Below are positions 21,868-31,329 of a stretch of DNA of 64,000 bases, piece by piece. This DNA is from Sedimentisphaerales bacterium (GTDB taxonomy: Bacteria > Planctomycetota > Phycisphaerae > Sedimentisphaerales > SM23-30). Position numbers and translations under genes: made by a program. How positions within the stretch are numbered: position 1 is the stretch's first letter; every line of letters starts with the position of its first letter. Under the pieces are notes generated by a model, which searched no databases, was not told where the DNA came from, and worked only from the letters and a program-made list of their open reading frames with translations. The stretch is from the NCBI GenBank assembly GCA_963666285.1, contig OY762711.1; one strand, given 5' to 3'.

Positions 21868-23508
21868 ATGATTGATTGGCGAAAGAAAAATGATGCTTTA
21901 GGAACGGTTAATCGTGGCGATGCCTGCGAGTCAGGGTTGTGTACCTTATGTCTTTCCGACTGCAAGGGCAAATGTGAAACCTGGACGTCATGTCTCGTAG
22001 GACGCAAGCTGCTGTATCCGCGTGAGTTCAGTAAATCTACCTCCGGCTCCGGCAATATCTCAGCTCTTGGCACCGGCTATCATGCGCTGCGTATCCAGGG
22101 CTATGCCTATGGTGCTCACGGTCTCTCGGCAAATATGACAAACGATCCCGACGATTGTGTGTTCCCAAATGTCAATATCGAGACAACGTTCGGCGGCGAA
22201 ATCCAGACCAAATGCCGCGTACCTATTATGACCGGTGCGCTTGGCTCTACCTTTATCGCTGCGAAATACTGGGATTCGTTCGCCGTTGGTGCTGCTCTTT
22301 GTGGCTTCCCTATCGTTGTCGGCGAAAATGTCGTTGGTGTTGACCGCGAATCTGTTATGGACAAGGGCAAAATATCGTCTGCTCCCGAACTTGACCGTCG
22401 TGTCGATACTTTCCTGCGCTATTACGATGGCTACGGCGCTATTATCGTCCAGATGAACGTCGAAGATACCCGCAATGGTGTTGCTGACTATCTTGCACAA
22501 AAATACGGCGACAAGATCATCCTCGAGCTTAAATGGGGACAGGGTGCCAAGGATATCGGCGGCGAGATACAGGTTAATACTCTCGAATATGCCAGATTCC
22601 TCAAAGACCGCGGTTATGTCGTCGATCCGAACCCTTATGACCCGGTTGTTGAAGCTGCATTCAAAGATGGCAGCTTGAAATCTTTCGCACGACATAGTCG
22701 TCTGGGCGGTACTAACCTCGATACCGCTGAGCAGGTTCGTGAAAACTTCATGGCTGCTGTCGCCGAGCTGCGTAAGAAAGGCTTCAAGAGAATCTCGCTA
22801 AAGACTGGTGCCTACGGCATGGAAGCGCTCGCCATGGCGATCAGATTCGCTGCTGATGCCGGGCTCGACCTGCTCACTATCGACGGTGCTGGCGGCGGTA
22901 CCGGCATGAGCCCGTGGAATATGATGGAACATTGGGGGGTGCCTTCTCTGGAACTACATGCCAAGACATACGAATATTGCAAAATTCTTGACGAGCAGGG
23001 CATCAAGGTTCCCGATATCTCGCTCGCCGGTGGATTTGCACGCGAAGACCATATCTTCAAGGCGATCGCGCTCGACGCTCCTTATACCAAACTCGTTTGT
23101 ATGGGACGTGCTCCGATGATTCCGGGTTATCTCGGTTCCAATATTCAGGGTGTATTCCAGCCTGACACCAAACATCAGCTTAACGGATGCTGGGACGAAC
23201 TGCCCGCTTCTGTCAAAGAGTACGGCAACACTCCTGAAGAAATCTTCGCATGCTGGGAACAGGTCAAGGACAAGGTCGGTGCCGATGAAATGAAGAATAT
23301 TCCGTTCGGTGCTATCGCTATGTACGGCTACGCCGATAAGCTCGCCTGCGGACTGCAGCAGTTTATGGCTGGTGCTCGTAAGTTCAAACTTTCTGAAATA
23401 TCTCGCTGCGACCTTATGGCCGCCAACAGGGAAACCGCTTCCGTCACCGGCATTCCATACATGTGCGATGCCCTCGACGAATCTGCCAAAGCTATACTTA
23501 AAGCTTAG
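21868..23508 (+). CDS. FMN-binding glutamate synthase family protein (stand-alone GltB2-like)
   Basis: ELKWGQGAKDIGGE and TIDGAGGGTGMSP motifs; N-terminal Cys cluster CESGLCTLCLSDCKGKCE; AAGGAG RBS. Confidence 0.88.
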   Translation: MIDWRKKNDALGTVNRGDACESGLCTLCLSDCKGKCETWTSCLVGRKLLYPREFSKSTSGSGNISALGTGYHALRIQGYAYGAHGLSANMTNDPDDCVFPNVNIETTFGGEIQTKCRVPIMTGALGSTFIAAKYWDSFAVGAALCGFPIVVGENVVGVDRESVMDKGKISSAPELDRRVDTFLRYYDGYGAIIVQMNVEDTRNGVADYLAQKYGDKIILELKWGQGAKDIGGEIQVNTLEYARFLKDRGYVVDPNPYDPVVEAAFKDGSLKSFARHSRLGGTNLDTAEQVRENFMAAVAELRKKGFKRISLKTGAYGMEALAMAIRFAADAGLDLLTIDGAGGGTGMSPWNMMEHWGVPSLELHAKTYEYCKILDEQGIKVPDISLAGGFAREDHIFKAIALDAPYTKLVCMGRAPMIPGYLGSNIQGVFQPDTKHQLNGCWDELPASVKEYGNTPEEIFACWEQVKDKVGADEMKNIPFGAIAMYGYADKLACGLQQFMAGARKFKLSEISRCDLMAANRETASVTGIPYMCDALDESAKAILKA

Positions 23509-23658
23509 AGTAATATTTCCTGTTCCGATTAATGCCTTTGTGAGGGCGAGGCTGACAAAGAAGAAAACACAGTAATATTCATATATTACGTGTATTTCTG
23601 TTGAAGTCAGCCGAAACCGCAACAGGCAAAAAACGAACATGAAAATTAAATTGCTCTA
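23506..23658. repeat. Palindromic MITE-like element, family 1, copy 2
   Basis: Homolog of 10444-10623; its left end TAG coincides with the stop codon of the upstream gene. Confidence 0.8.
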
Positions 23659-23731
23659 AGCCCTTGGTGCTTGCGCTGATATTACTTTTTTGCATAACGA
23701 TTTTTCAGAGTTCCTCTGAACTATTATGAGG

Positions 23732-23768
23732 AAAGGGGCCGGCTGATGTTTAGCCGAGCCCTTTTTTT
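23732..23768 (+). terminator. Rho-independent terminator
   Basis: GGGCCGGCT..AGCCGAGCCC stem plus T7. Confidence 0.7.
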
Positions 23769-23861
23769 CAAGACAGATATTCTTTACGTTTTTATATTTT
23801 CATATTATAATTGATTTTATCAAAGTCACTGTTTTACGCTTTGTTTTGCTGTAACTCTTTT

Positions 23862-24026
23862 TAAGTGACTTCTGGAAATTGCTTTTGTTACGATAGTTTA
23901 AGATTTTGGTTGCTGACAAGGAACATAAGATCGTGTATATTGGACCATATGCTCTGTTTTATGTGACGCATGTCGGCAGGCAAAAGAAGAACTGGTCGAT
24001 CAAAATGAATTTTCAGAGGTGCTTTA
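23862..24026. repeat. Palindromic MITE-like element, family 3
   Basis: Imperfect TIRs TAAGTGACTTCTGGAAATT / AATTTTCAGAGGTGCTTTA; inner stems GCTGAC/GTCGGC and ACATAA/TTATGT. Confidence 0.6.
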
Positions 24027-24034
24027 ATCATTAT

Positions 24035-24730
24035 ATGTGCGGATCGGAAATTGAAAAACTCAAAAAGCCTTTATCGTCAAAGCGTCGTAAGTGGCTGCTT
24101 ATATTGCTTTTGTTCATCGTTTTCGGTCTCTTATCTCTTATTGCATTAGATTTCTATGTTTCATCCTGTTCTAAAGGTATGATTTATCATTCCATTGATG
24201 ATCTTCCTCACAAAAATGCTGCGCTTGTGCTCGGATGCAGCAGGACAACCAATGGCCGGATAAATTTATATTATCAGTATCGTATTGACGCCGCTGCGGA
24301 GCTTTGGGAAAAAGGGAAAATTGATGCAATTGTCGTTTCTGGTGATAACAGTCGCAAAGATTATGATGAGCCGACCGGGATGAAGGCCGATCTGGTCCAA
24401 AAAGGTATTCCCGCTGAATTTATTACTATCGACTATGCAGGTTTCAGTACTCTCGATTCGGTTATCAGGGCCGAAAAGATCTTTGGGCTCAAAGACTATA
24501 CTATTGTTTCCCAGCCATTCCATTGTAGCAGGGCAGTTTACCTGGCCGGTCAGCATGGCCAGTCTGCTATTGGATATAGTGCCAGAGATATTTCCGGGGC
24601 CTCGGGAATAAAAATAAGACTGAGAGAAATACTGGCCAGAACCAAAGCCGTTTGCGATATCCTTACTTCACGATCACCTGAATTCTTAGGCCGGTCCGAA
24701 CAGGTCAATTATCGCGAGAGGATTAAATAG
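24035..24730 (+). CDS. sanA: SanA/YdcF (ElyC-like) family protein
   Basis: ALVLG, VSGDNSRKDYDEP, DYAGFSTLDS, SQPFHCSRA and REILAR motifs; start moved downstream of the repeat. Confidence 0.88.
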   Translation: MCGSEIEKLKKPLSSKRRKWLLILLLFIVFGLLSLIALDFYVSSCSKGMIYHSIDDLPHKNAALVLGCSRTTNGRINLYYQYRIDAAAELWEKGKIDAIVVSGDNSRKDYDEPTGMKADLVQKGIPAEFITIDYAGFSTLDSVIRAEKIFGLKDYTIVSQPFHCSRAVYLAGQHGQSAIGYSARDISGASGIKIRLREILARTKAVCDILTSRSPEFLGRSEQVNYRERIK

Positions 24731-24747
24731 AAGTTTACCGAAATCTT

Positions 24748-24801
24748 TAGGGTATCTCTGGAAATTGCTTTCGCTAAAAATGAATTTTTAGGTGGCCTTT
24801 A
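24748..24801. repeat. Internally deleted family 3 element (ends only)
   Basis: TAGGGTATCTCTGGAAATTGCTTT...AAAATGAATTTTTAGGTGGCCTTTA matches both ends of 23862-24026. Confidence 0.55.
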
Positions 24802-25008
24802 TTCTTTACTTTGGCTGTCAGCCATTCAATAGCAGTATTCTTTTTTATATTTGTTTCAGTATTCCTTTTTGCTATAATATTTGAAATATCATTTAGTTGT
24901 TCAATCTGACACTAAATATCGCTTGTTTCAAAGGATTTTTCGCATTTGTTGCCTAATGCATGACTTATTATTGCGAAAATTAATTAAAATGGAGAAAATG
25001 GAGATATA

Positions 25009-25929
25009 ATGAGGAATACACTGATTATTCGGAATGTTGTGGGCATTTTTTTATCGTTAGTATATTTCTGTTCGGCCTCTACAGATATCAACTCTGATTG
25101 CAATATTGATATAGCAGATCTTCAAACAATGGCCGAACAATGGCTTTCTTCTCCGGTCGATACCCTGAACGATGGACTTACCGCATACTGGAACTTCGAC
25201 GAAGGGCAGGGCACAACCGCCTACGACCAGTCTGGCAGCGGCCACAATGCAACAATATATGGCGCTGTTTATACCGACGATGCTGTCTCCGGAAACGCCT
25301 TGAGTTTTGACGGCGTTAATGACTACGTCAACACCTTCCTCGATGTCAGCTGGTCAAATCAGCTTAGTTCTACAATTTCGCTCTGGATCAACCCGCAGTC
25401 CTCGACCCAGTATCAGGGAATTCTGGGCAAAGGCGAAGCTGGCGGCTACGGAGCTATGAATTGGGAATGGGCTATTACCCAATTTGAGGATAAATCATTT
25501 GGATTTACTTATCACAATATTTATGCTATTGGAGAGATTTCATGCGGTGTTCCAATTACCTCTCTTGACCAGTGGCACAATTTCATTGTAACTTACGATG
25601 CCTCTTCTCATATGGCAAAGTTCTATTTTAATGGGGAATATGTTATTTCTGATACTAACAATGACCCTTTAAAGGATCGATCTACTCCGATGCTGATCGG
25701 CCATGCCTATAGAACCCAGGGCAACAACTATTACTTTAACGGCTTGATTGATGAGGTGCGAGTTTATAACCGTTCGTTATCTGATGCCGAGGTTCGCTCT
25801 CTTTTCCTCCAGCCTTCCGGCACTGGCAAACAGATCGCCGACTTGAATGATGACTCAGAAGTCAACATCTTCGATCTCGGAATCCTCGCCAAACAATGGC
25901 TCTCAACTCCAACCGGCTGCGAAGAATAA
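25009..25929 (+). CDS. Secreted LamG (concanavalin-like) domain protein with dockerin/EF-hand-like repeats
   Basis: Signal peptide; DINSDCNIDIADL..WL and DLNDDSEVNIFDL..WL flank AYWNFDEG...FNGLIDEVRVYNR. Confidence 0.85.
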   Translation: MRNTLIIRNVVGIFLSLVYFCSASTDINSDCNIDIADLQTMAEQWLSSPVDTLNDGLTAYWNFDEGQGTTAYDQSGSGHNATIYGAVYTDDAVSGNALSFDGVNDYVNTFLDVSWSNQLSSTISLWINPQSSTQYQGILGKGEAGGYGAMNWEWAITQFEDKSFGFTYHNIYAIGEISCGVPITSLDQWHNFIVTYDASSHMAKFYFNGEYVISDTNNDPLKDRSTPMLIGHAYRTQGNNYYFNGLIDEVRVYNRSLSDAEVRSLFLQPSGTGKQIADLNDDSEVNIFDLGILAKQWLSTPTGCEE

Positions 25930-26113
25930 TATTGTAGCTGTACCGCAAGTTTGAGATCGTATATATTTCACACAACTTCATTACCACACGCCCGTCAGGA
26001 AGCGGTATATTACCACCTCCCATACGGCTTGCATTTCCCATCTAAACTCAACCCCGCATTCGTCAACCATACATACTGACTGCATCAACTTGATCTTTAC
26101 AAATTGTTTCTTA

Positions 26114-26548
26114 TCACTCTTTCGCACCATATTCCAGCAATAATTCAACTATATCATTGTGTCCCATATATTTTGCACTGAATATTGCTGTTTTTCCATA
26201 TTTACTTGGCAAATTTGGGTCAGCTCCATTTATTAACATTGCTTTAACACCTTCAAACCAACCTTCATAGGCAGCAAGAACAAGTGGAGTATTCTCAAAT
26301 TGGCTATTAATGGTATAATCAACCTTACCTTTAAGTATTTCACTTGCGATATCAATCATATCATAATCCATTGCCATTAGCAAAGCTGTACCATGCACAC
26401 CATCGTCTATTGTGTCAGCAAAACCATACTTTACAAGTAATTTTACCACTTCGATATTTCCTGCTTTAACGGCAAGGTGCATACAGCTCATATTATCAAG
26501 CTCATCTGGTTCCTTGGCACCATTTTCCAATAGAAATTTTACTACCCC
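26114..26548 (-). pseudogene. Ankyrin-repeat protein gene, 5' end removed at the IS30 boundary
   Basis: Frame starts mid-repeat at the IS end (GVVKFLLENGA); repeats HLAVKAGNIEVVKLLV, TPLVLAA, GHNDIVELLLEYGA. Confidence 0.75.
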
Positions 26549-27638
26549 GATTTTTTTCTGAAGTGCAACAAATGTTTTATTTGTAAAACACTTCAGTCGG
26601 TGTCCGATATCCCAGACACTTTCTGGGACGATTATTGAGTTTATTGACTACTTTGTCAATTTCTTTCTGGCTGACAAGGTTAAAATCTGTCCCTTTAGGG
26701 AAGTATTGCCTTAACAGTCCGTTAGTATTTTCATTTGTACCTCTTTCGCAAGAACTATATGGGTGGGCAAAATACACCCTGGTCTTAAGTTCTTTCTCCA
26801 GAGTCTTAAACTCAGCAAATTCTTTACCATTATCAACTGTCATTGTCTTGATCATTTCTAATGGTATTTCACGAAGCTTACTTATAGAAGCTTTGTTGTA
26901 ATCAGCTGCTGACTTACTGTCAAGTTTGACAGCTACCAGATACCTGCTTTTTCTTTCAACATGGGTAGCAATATAGCTCTTATGGTTTCTGCCAACCATA
27001 GAATCTGACTCCCAATGCCCAAGGGTACTTCGTTTATCTACATAGTCTGGGCGATCATCAATCATGCGTTTATCCGGTATCTGACCACGTTTATCGCTAC
27101 TACCATACTTTTTACGCTTCTTCTTCAAGCCACGCCTTAACTTCATGTATAGCACACCGCCATCAGATCTGTCATTACGAACATAGCGATAAATTGTGCC
27201 GGCACAAATACTCATATTACTACCATCTGTCAATAGTCTGCCGCTGATCTGCTCAGGTGACCACTCCTGGTTAAGTTTAGCAAGAACATGATCTAGAAGT
27301 TGCTTATCCTGAAGTTTATATGGTTGTTTTGAGTTCTCACGCCTCTTCAAATAGTATTTCTGGGCGAGATGAGCCTTATATTCTCCTGTCGAAGAAACAT
27401 TACGGCAAAGCTCTCTGTAGATAGTTGACCGGGATCTACCAAGTTTTTCAGCAATTTCTTCCATTGTTTTAGAATTTTCTCGCATTTTTAGTATCACTTC
27501 TCGCTCGTCAATGCTAAGATGTTTGTAGCCCATTACACCTCCGTCCTTTGGCTAGAGTCTTTGTTCGATATAAACTCTATCGGACGTTAAGTGTAGTGGG
27601 TTTTGTTACTTACATTTGTTGCACTTCAGAAAAAAATC
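26549..27638 (-). mobile_element. IS30-family insertion sequence
   Basis: Perfect 27-bp terminal IRs GATTTTTTTCTGAAGTGCAACAAATGT (26549-26575 and 27612-27638) around a transposase gene. Confidence 0.93.
26577..27533 (-). CDS. IS30 family transposase
   Basis: HTH STIYREL; WSPEQI, GHWESD, TVDNGKEF and ERGTNENTNGLLRQYFPK motifs. Confidence 0.95.
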   Translation of the reverse strand: MGYKHLSIDEREVILKMRENSKTMEEIAEKLGRSRSTIYRELCRNVSSTGEYKAHLAQKYYLKRRENSKQPYKLQDKQLLDHVLAKLNQEWSPEQISGRLLTDGSNMSICAGTIYRYVRNDRSDGGVLYMKLRRGLKKKRKKYGSSDKRGQIPDKRMIDDRPDYVDKRSTLGHWESDSMVGRNHKSYIATHVERKSRYLVAVKLDSKSAADYNKASISKLREIPLEMIKTMTVDNGKEFAEFKTLEKELKTRVYFAHPYSSCERGTNENTNGLLRQYFPKGTDFNLVSQKEIDKVVNKLNNRPRKCLGYRTPTEVFYK

Positions 27639-28224
27639 CGGGAAAGTGACTCCCAAATTCAATTGCATCACTATACTTGCTTTTTTCCCTGGAAAGCTCT
27701 GCTACATTTCCCCTGAGGTCATATATTCCAAGTCTGTTTACTTCTCCGCTTCCTACTTCACAGGTTTTCAATAATCTGGACTCGAATGGACCTCGAAAAT
27801 TATATTTGCCTCTCATTGTTATAGAATCTTCTAGGCTTGCGTCGGACAAATATTCTTTCCATTCAGCAAAACTTGGCAAACGATAAGAATATCCTTCTGG
27901 CAGTAAACCCATTACTTTTTCATATTCAGTAAGTTTTGTACAAAATATCTCAGCTTCTTTTTTTGTTACACTCTCAACAGGTAGCTTATTCTCTCCAAAG
28001 TGTGACGAAGGATTATAACCCATTATTTTTATAAATTGCTCTTGGGTAGTTTCATATTTACTTACCCAGTAGCCTTTTGACAACTTGATCATTTTCATGC
28101 TTAACTGATTGGTGAAGTCTTCCTGAGGGACAGGTATTACTGACTTATCATCCTTATGGTCAGTACTGCACCCAGATATAAAACTTAAACATGTCAAAAA
28201 TAATATTACTAATATTTGTTTCAT
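27639..28224 (-). pseudogene. FGE-sulfatase (formylglycine-generating enzyme-like) domain lipoprotein, 3'-truncated by IS30
   Basis: Lipobox ISGC; KYETTQ, LPVESV, YRLPSFAEW and NRLGIYDLRGNVAE motifs; ORF runs into the IS IR and lacks the C-terminal GFR motif; TTGTAT-N17-TATAAT promoter at 28296-28324. Confidence 0.78.
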
Positions 28225-28502
28225 TATGGTATTTTCCGAGTAAGAATATGTATTATTTCCATAAATTTTCATCCGCCAAATCAGATCCAGGCCGCATTAT
28301 ACCAAATCTCTCCCATCTATACAACCACTCCAATTCCTCTCAATTTCCAACAAATCTTGCATCGCATGGAACTGGGTGGGTAAATTCCGTAGCGACATTC
28401 AGGGAGCGAAGTAGTACCCACGCGGTTCTTCTATTAATTTATCACGAACGAAGCAAGTCCACCTTATAATTATTGGTACTTATCTGTGCCTTTGGATTTT
28501 TT

Positions 28503-29245
28503 TGTCAGGTACAGGTTCAAGATATAGGTACCCATGTCCTGAACGAACTCTTCCCCTTTCTTCTCGCTTCTTCCTTCTAACTTTTCACATCCTTGAGGTG
28601 TCGCAATTTTGATATAAACTCTACATATGCGTAAGCTTTAAACAAGACGTGAGCGACAGCGAATTATTCCTGATGTCAACGTACATCAGGACACCTCAAT
28701 TCTTCACTCTTAACTTTTCGTTCTTCACTTGTCGCACAGCGACATCTGGTCCGCCCACAGACTAATTTTTTTACTCACAACAGCCAAAGTATCAATCTGT
28801 CCGACTCACCCAACCCTCATTTAAGCGGGATAAACAAACATTTTTGCCTGTTTTTTATCATTTTTTATCATCAATTTCCTATCCCAAACTTCATACCAAT
28901 CCGTTACCCGCCTTTACCCCGTTTCGACCGTCCGTACCACCTCCGTAACCCGCCGCTTATGGTCCGTTCCCATCCATTCGCCGCCGCTGCTGGCCGTTGT
29001 CCGTTGCCCCCCGCGTGGCCGCCGCATACCTTCATTAGCCCGTCGCGTCATCGCCGTTATCCGCCGCTAGCCGCCGCTAGCCCGCTGCGCATGTTCGCAC
29101 CGTTTTTTACTCCCAAAACTAATATCCCCAAAACCATCGATACTTAAACATCTTACACTATTATTTTACGTGTACTTTTCACTATTGGATTATATTTAGC
29201 ATATGTCCTGATACTCAACCGTTACCCATGTCCTGAACTCACACA
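28503..29245. mobile_element. Possible non-autonomous IS481-like relic (ends without transposase)
   Basis: ACCCATGTCCTGAAC near both ends; tandem ATGTCCTGA repeats ending in ACA at 29245; TGT at 28503. Confidence 0.35.
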
Positions 29246-29281
29246 ACTTTTTTCCATCATTCTTACATCTTACTTTTCCCT

Positions 29282-31105
29282 TTAAAACATCATCTTATCT
29301 GCGTATAGCATCTGAAATTCCGCTCGCCCGGCAAGCTCGACATATTCCATTAATTCTGCCAGGTCACCCGCATAATGACGTAACGTCTTATTGGTAAGCA
29401 TCATAACCGCACCCATTCCCGCGGCATTACCGATAGAGACTATCTTCTCCACCGCTACCGCCGGAAACAAACCAACCCGCAGCGCACTCGCCGGATGCAG
29501 GTAGTTACCAAAAGCGCCTGCCATATATACTCTGTCAACATCCTCCATTTTCAGCCCGGCATTAGCCAGCAGCGTCTCAATCCCCGCCGCTATAGCCGCC
29601 TTACCCAGCTGGGTCTCACGTATGTCACGCTGTGTCAGCACGATATCGCTCCCGCAGCTGCTTTCACTTTCAGGCACAAGCAGAAACGCCGGCTGGTTAT
29701 TATATTCCGTTACCCGTCCTGCCAGCTCCGCAGGAACTTCTTCCGACAACTCTTCACCTGTCGGCATACGTCCGGTCTCGTCAACCAGCCCGTTTTCCAG
29801 CAGACACGAAATTATATCTACTAAACCGCTGCCGCAGATACCTTTAGCTTTGCAATCTCCGATAATGCCGAGTTCAACTTTACCGTTCTCGAAACTGAAT
29901 TTCTCGATTGCTCCGTTGGCCGCTCTCATACCGTACTGGATTTTTGCTCCCTCAAAGGCCGGTCCGGCCGCGGTACTGCAGCAATATATCTGCCCGTCAT
30001 GTGCCAGTACTATCTCGCCGTTTGTTCCAATATCAACCGCCAGCGACACGCCCGTATCATATTCCATCTCTGCTGCCAGCACCACTGCTATTGTATCACC
30101 GCCTATATGACCGGCCACCGCCGGGGCTATCATCATATAGCCGCCCGGATTGATATTCAGACCCGCAAGTGACGCATTTAACTTGACCGCATCGTTAAAC
30201 GCTGCTACATACGGTGCCTGGCCTATCTGGCCAACCGGCACATCCGCCAGTATATGCTGCATCGTTGCATTTCCAACAACAGTTACTTCATAGATATCTG
30301 CCAGATCTATCTGATAATTCTTTGCCAGCTCTCCCGCCAGGTCGTTTATCGCCTTTATTGCCAGGCCGTTAAGTATCTCCAGCCCGTTATTATGCTCGCA
30401 GGTATAATTGATCCTGCTGATTACATCATCGCCATGGGCTGATTGAGGGTTACCCATCGAACTGCGGCCCAGTACTTCTCCTGTTTCCAGGTCTGCCAGT
30501 GCCGCTACAATTGTGGTAGTTCCAAAATCTATGCCCAGACCGTATATGCGTGACCCCGGCTCAACAGGCTTAAGTCCAATAACTTCATTTTTGCTGTTAA
30601 TTATTACAATTGCGTTTTCTTTATCACGGCTGTCATAAATGCCGTTTCGCAGGATAGTCGGCAGCTGCTTGAGCAGATCATTTGTCAGGGTTGATTCTCC
30701 GCCTGCCATGTCCAGAATATCGTCAACCGCGTCTATAATCCGCTGGGCATCGCTGCGAAGGTCGCTTAGCTCCGGGGCGGTAAGCTTCAATCTGAGCTGG
30801 CGTAGTTCGGGTAATACTTTTTGGCTGCAATTCAGGTTAAAACCGTGCGACATAACCTTCATTGCACTGTGACGACTCGTATCTGGTATGGTAACGCTCA
30901 TATCGCAGTCTGGTATATACTGACAGGCCCGTACCGGCACATCGCTTCCCGATGGCATTACCAGGCATTTATCGCAGTTGCCCACGCCGCCGCAGGATGA
31001 AATTATCGCTATCCCGCATTTTTGGGCGGCTTCCAGTATTGTTTGGCCTTCTTCAATCGAAACACTTATTTCGTCCGGTAAAAAATGTATTATATGTTCT
31101 TTCAT
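29282..31105 (-). CDS. ASKHA-domain reductive activator of corrinoid proteins (RACo/DUF4445) with N-terminal 2Fe-2S
   Basis: CGGVGNCDKC; GIDFGTTT, DVISRI, DIGTNGEI, TAAGPAFEG, GICGSG and AGAFG motifs. Confidence 0.9.
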   Translation of the reverse strand: MKEHIIHFLPDEISVSIEEGQTILEAAQKCGIAIISSCGGVGNCDKCLVMPSGSDVPVRACQYIPDCDMSVTIPDTSRHSAMKVMSHGFNLNCSQKVLPELRQLRLKLTAPELSDLRSDAQRIIDAVDDILDMAGGESTLTNDLLKQLPTILRNGIYDSRDKENAIVIINSKNEVIGLKPVEPGSRIYGLGIDFGTTTIVAALADLETGEVLGRSSMGNPQSAHGDDVISRINYTCEHNNGLEILNGLAIKAINDLAGELAKNYQIDLADIYEVTVVGNATMQHILADVPVGQIGQAPYVAAFNDAVKLNASLAGLNINPGGYMMIAPAVAGHIGGDTIAVVLAAEMEYDTGVSLAVDIGTNGEIVLAHDGQIYCCSTAAGPAFEGAKIQYGMRAANGAIEKFSFENGKVELGIIGDCKAKGICGSGLVDIISCLLENGLVDETGRMPTGEELSEEVPAELAGRVTEYNNQPAFLLVPESESSCGSDIVLTQRDIRETQLGKAAIAAGIETLLANAGLKMEDVDRVYMAGAFGNYLHPASALRVGLFPAVAVEKIVSIGNAAGMGAVMMLTNKTLRHYAGDLAELMEYVELAGRAEFQMLYADKMMF

Positions 31106-31329
31106 TTGCAGTAATTATAACATCATTTTTGCACATCTTGTATTAAAAAGTCTGTCCGTTTAAGTGCTTAAATGGTTAATTCTAAAAAATTTAACACCAT
31201 TTAGTTGATAAAAATTGTGATAAATATCGAATTTTATTGAATTTACAATTCTCTCAATTCATGCTTGTTATATGTCGATATATAGCCATGTGTTGCTAAA
31301 CAGACTTAAACGAGCGAGAGAATAGAAAA

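Noticed and set aside
23906..24034. N-terminal extension of sanA
   Set aside because: Lies inside a palindromic repeat element
25930..26110. Coding-like fragment on the minus strand (WLTNAGLSLDGKCKPYG / GNIPLPDGRVV)
   Set aside because: Too short and broken to assign
28959..29147. 62-aa Pro/Ala-rich ORF
   Set aside because: By-product of the GC-rich CCG array; no RBS
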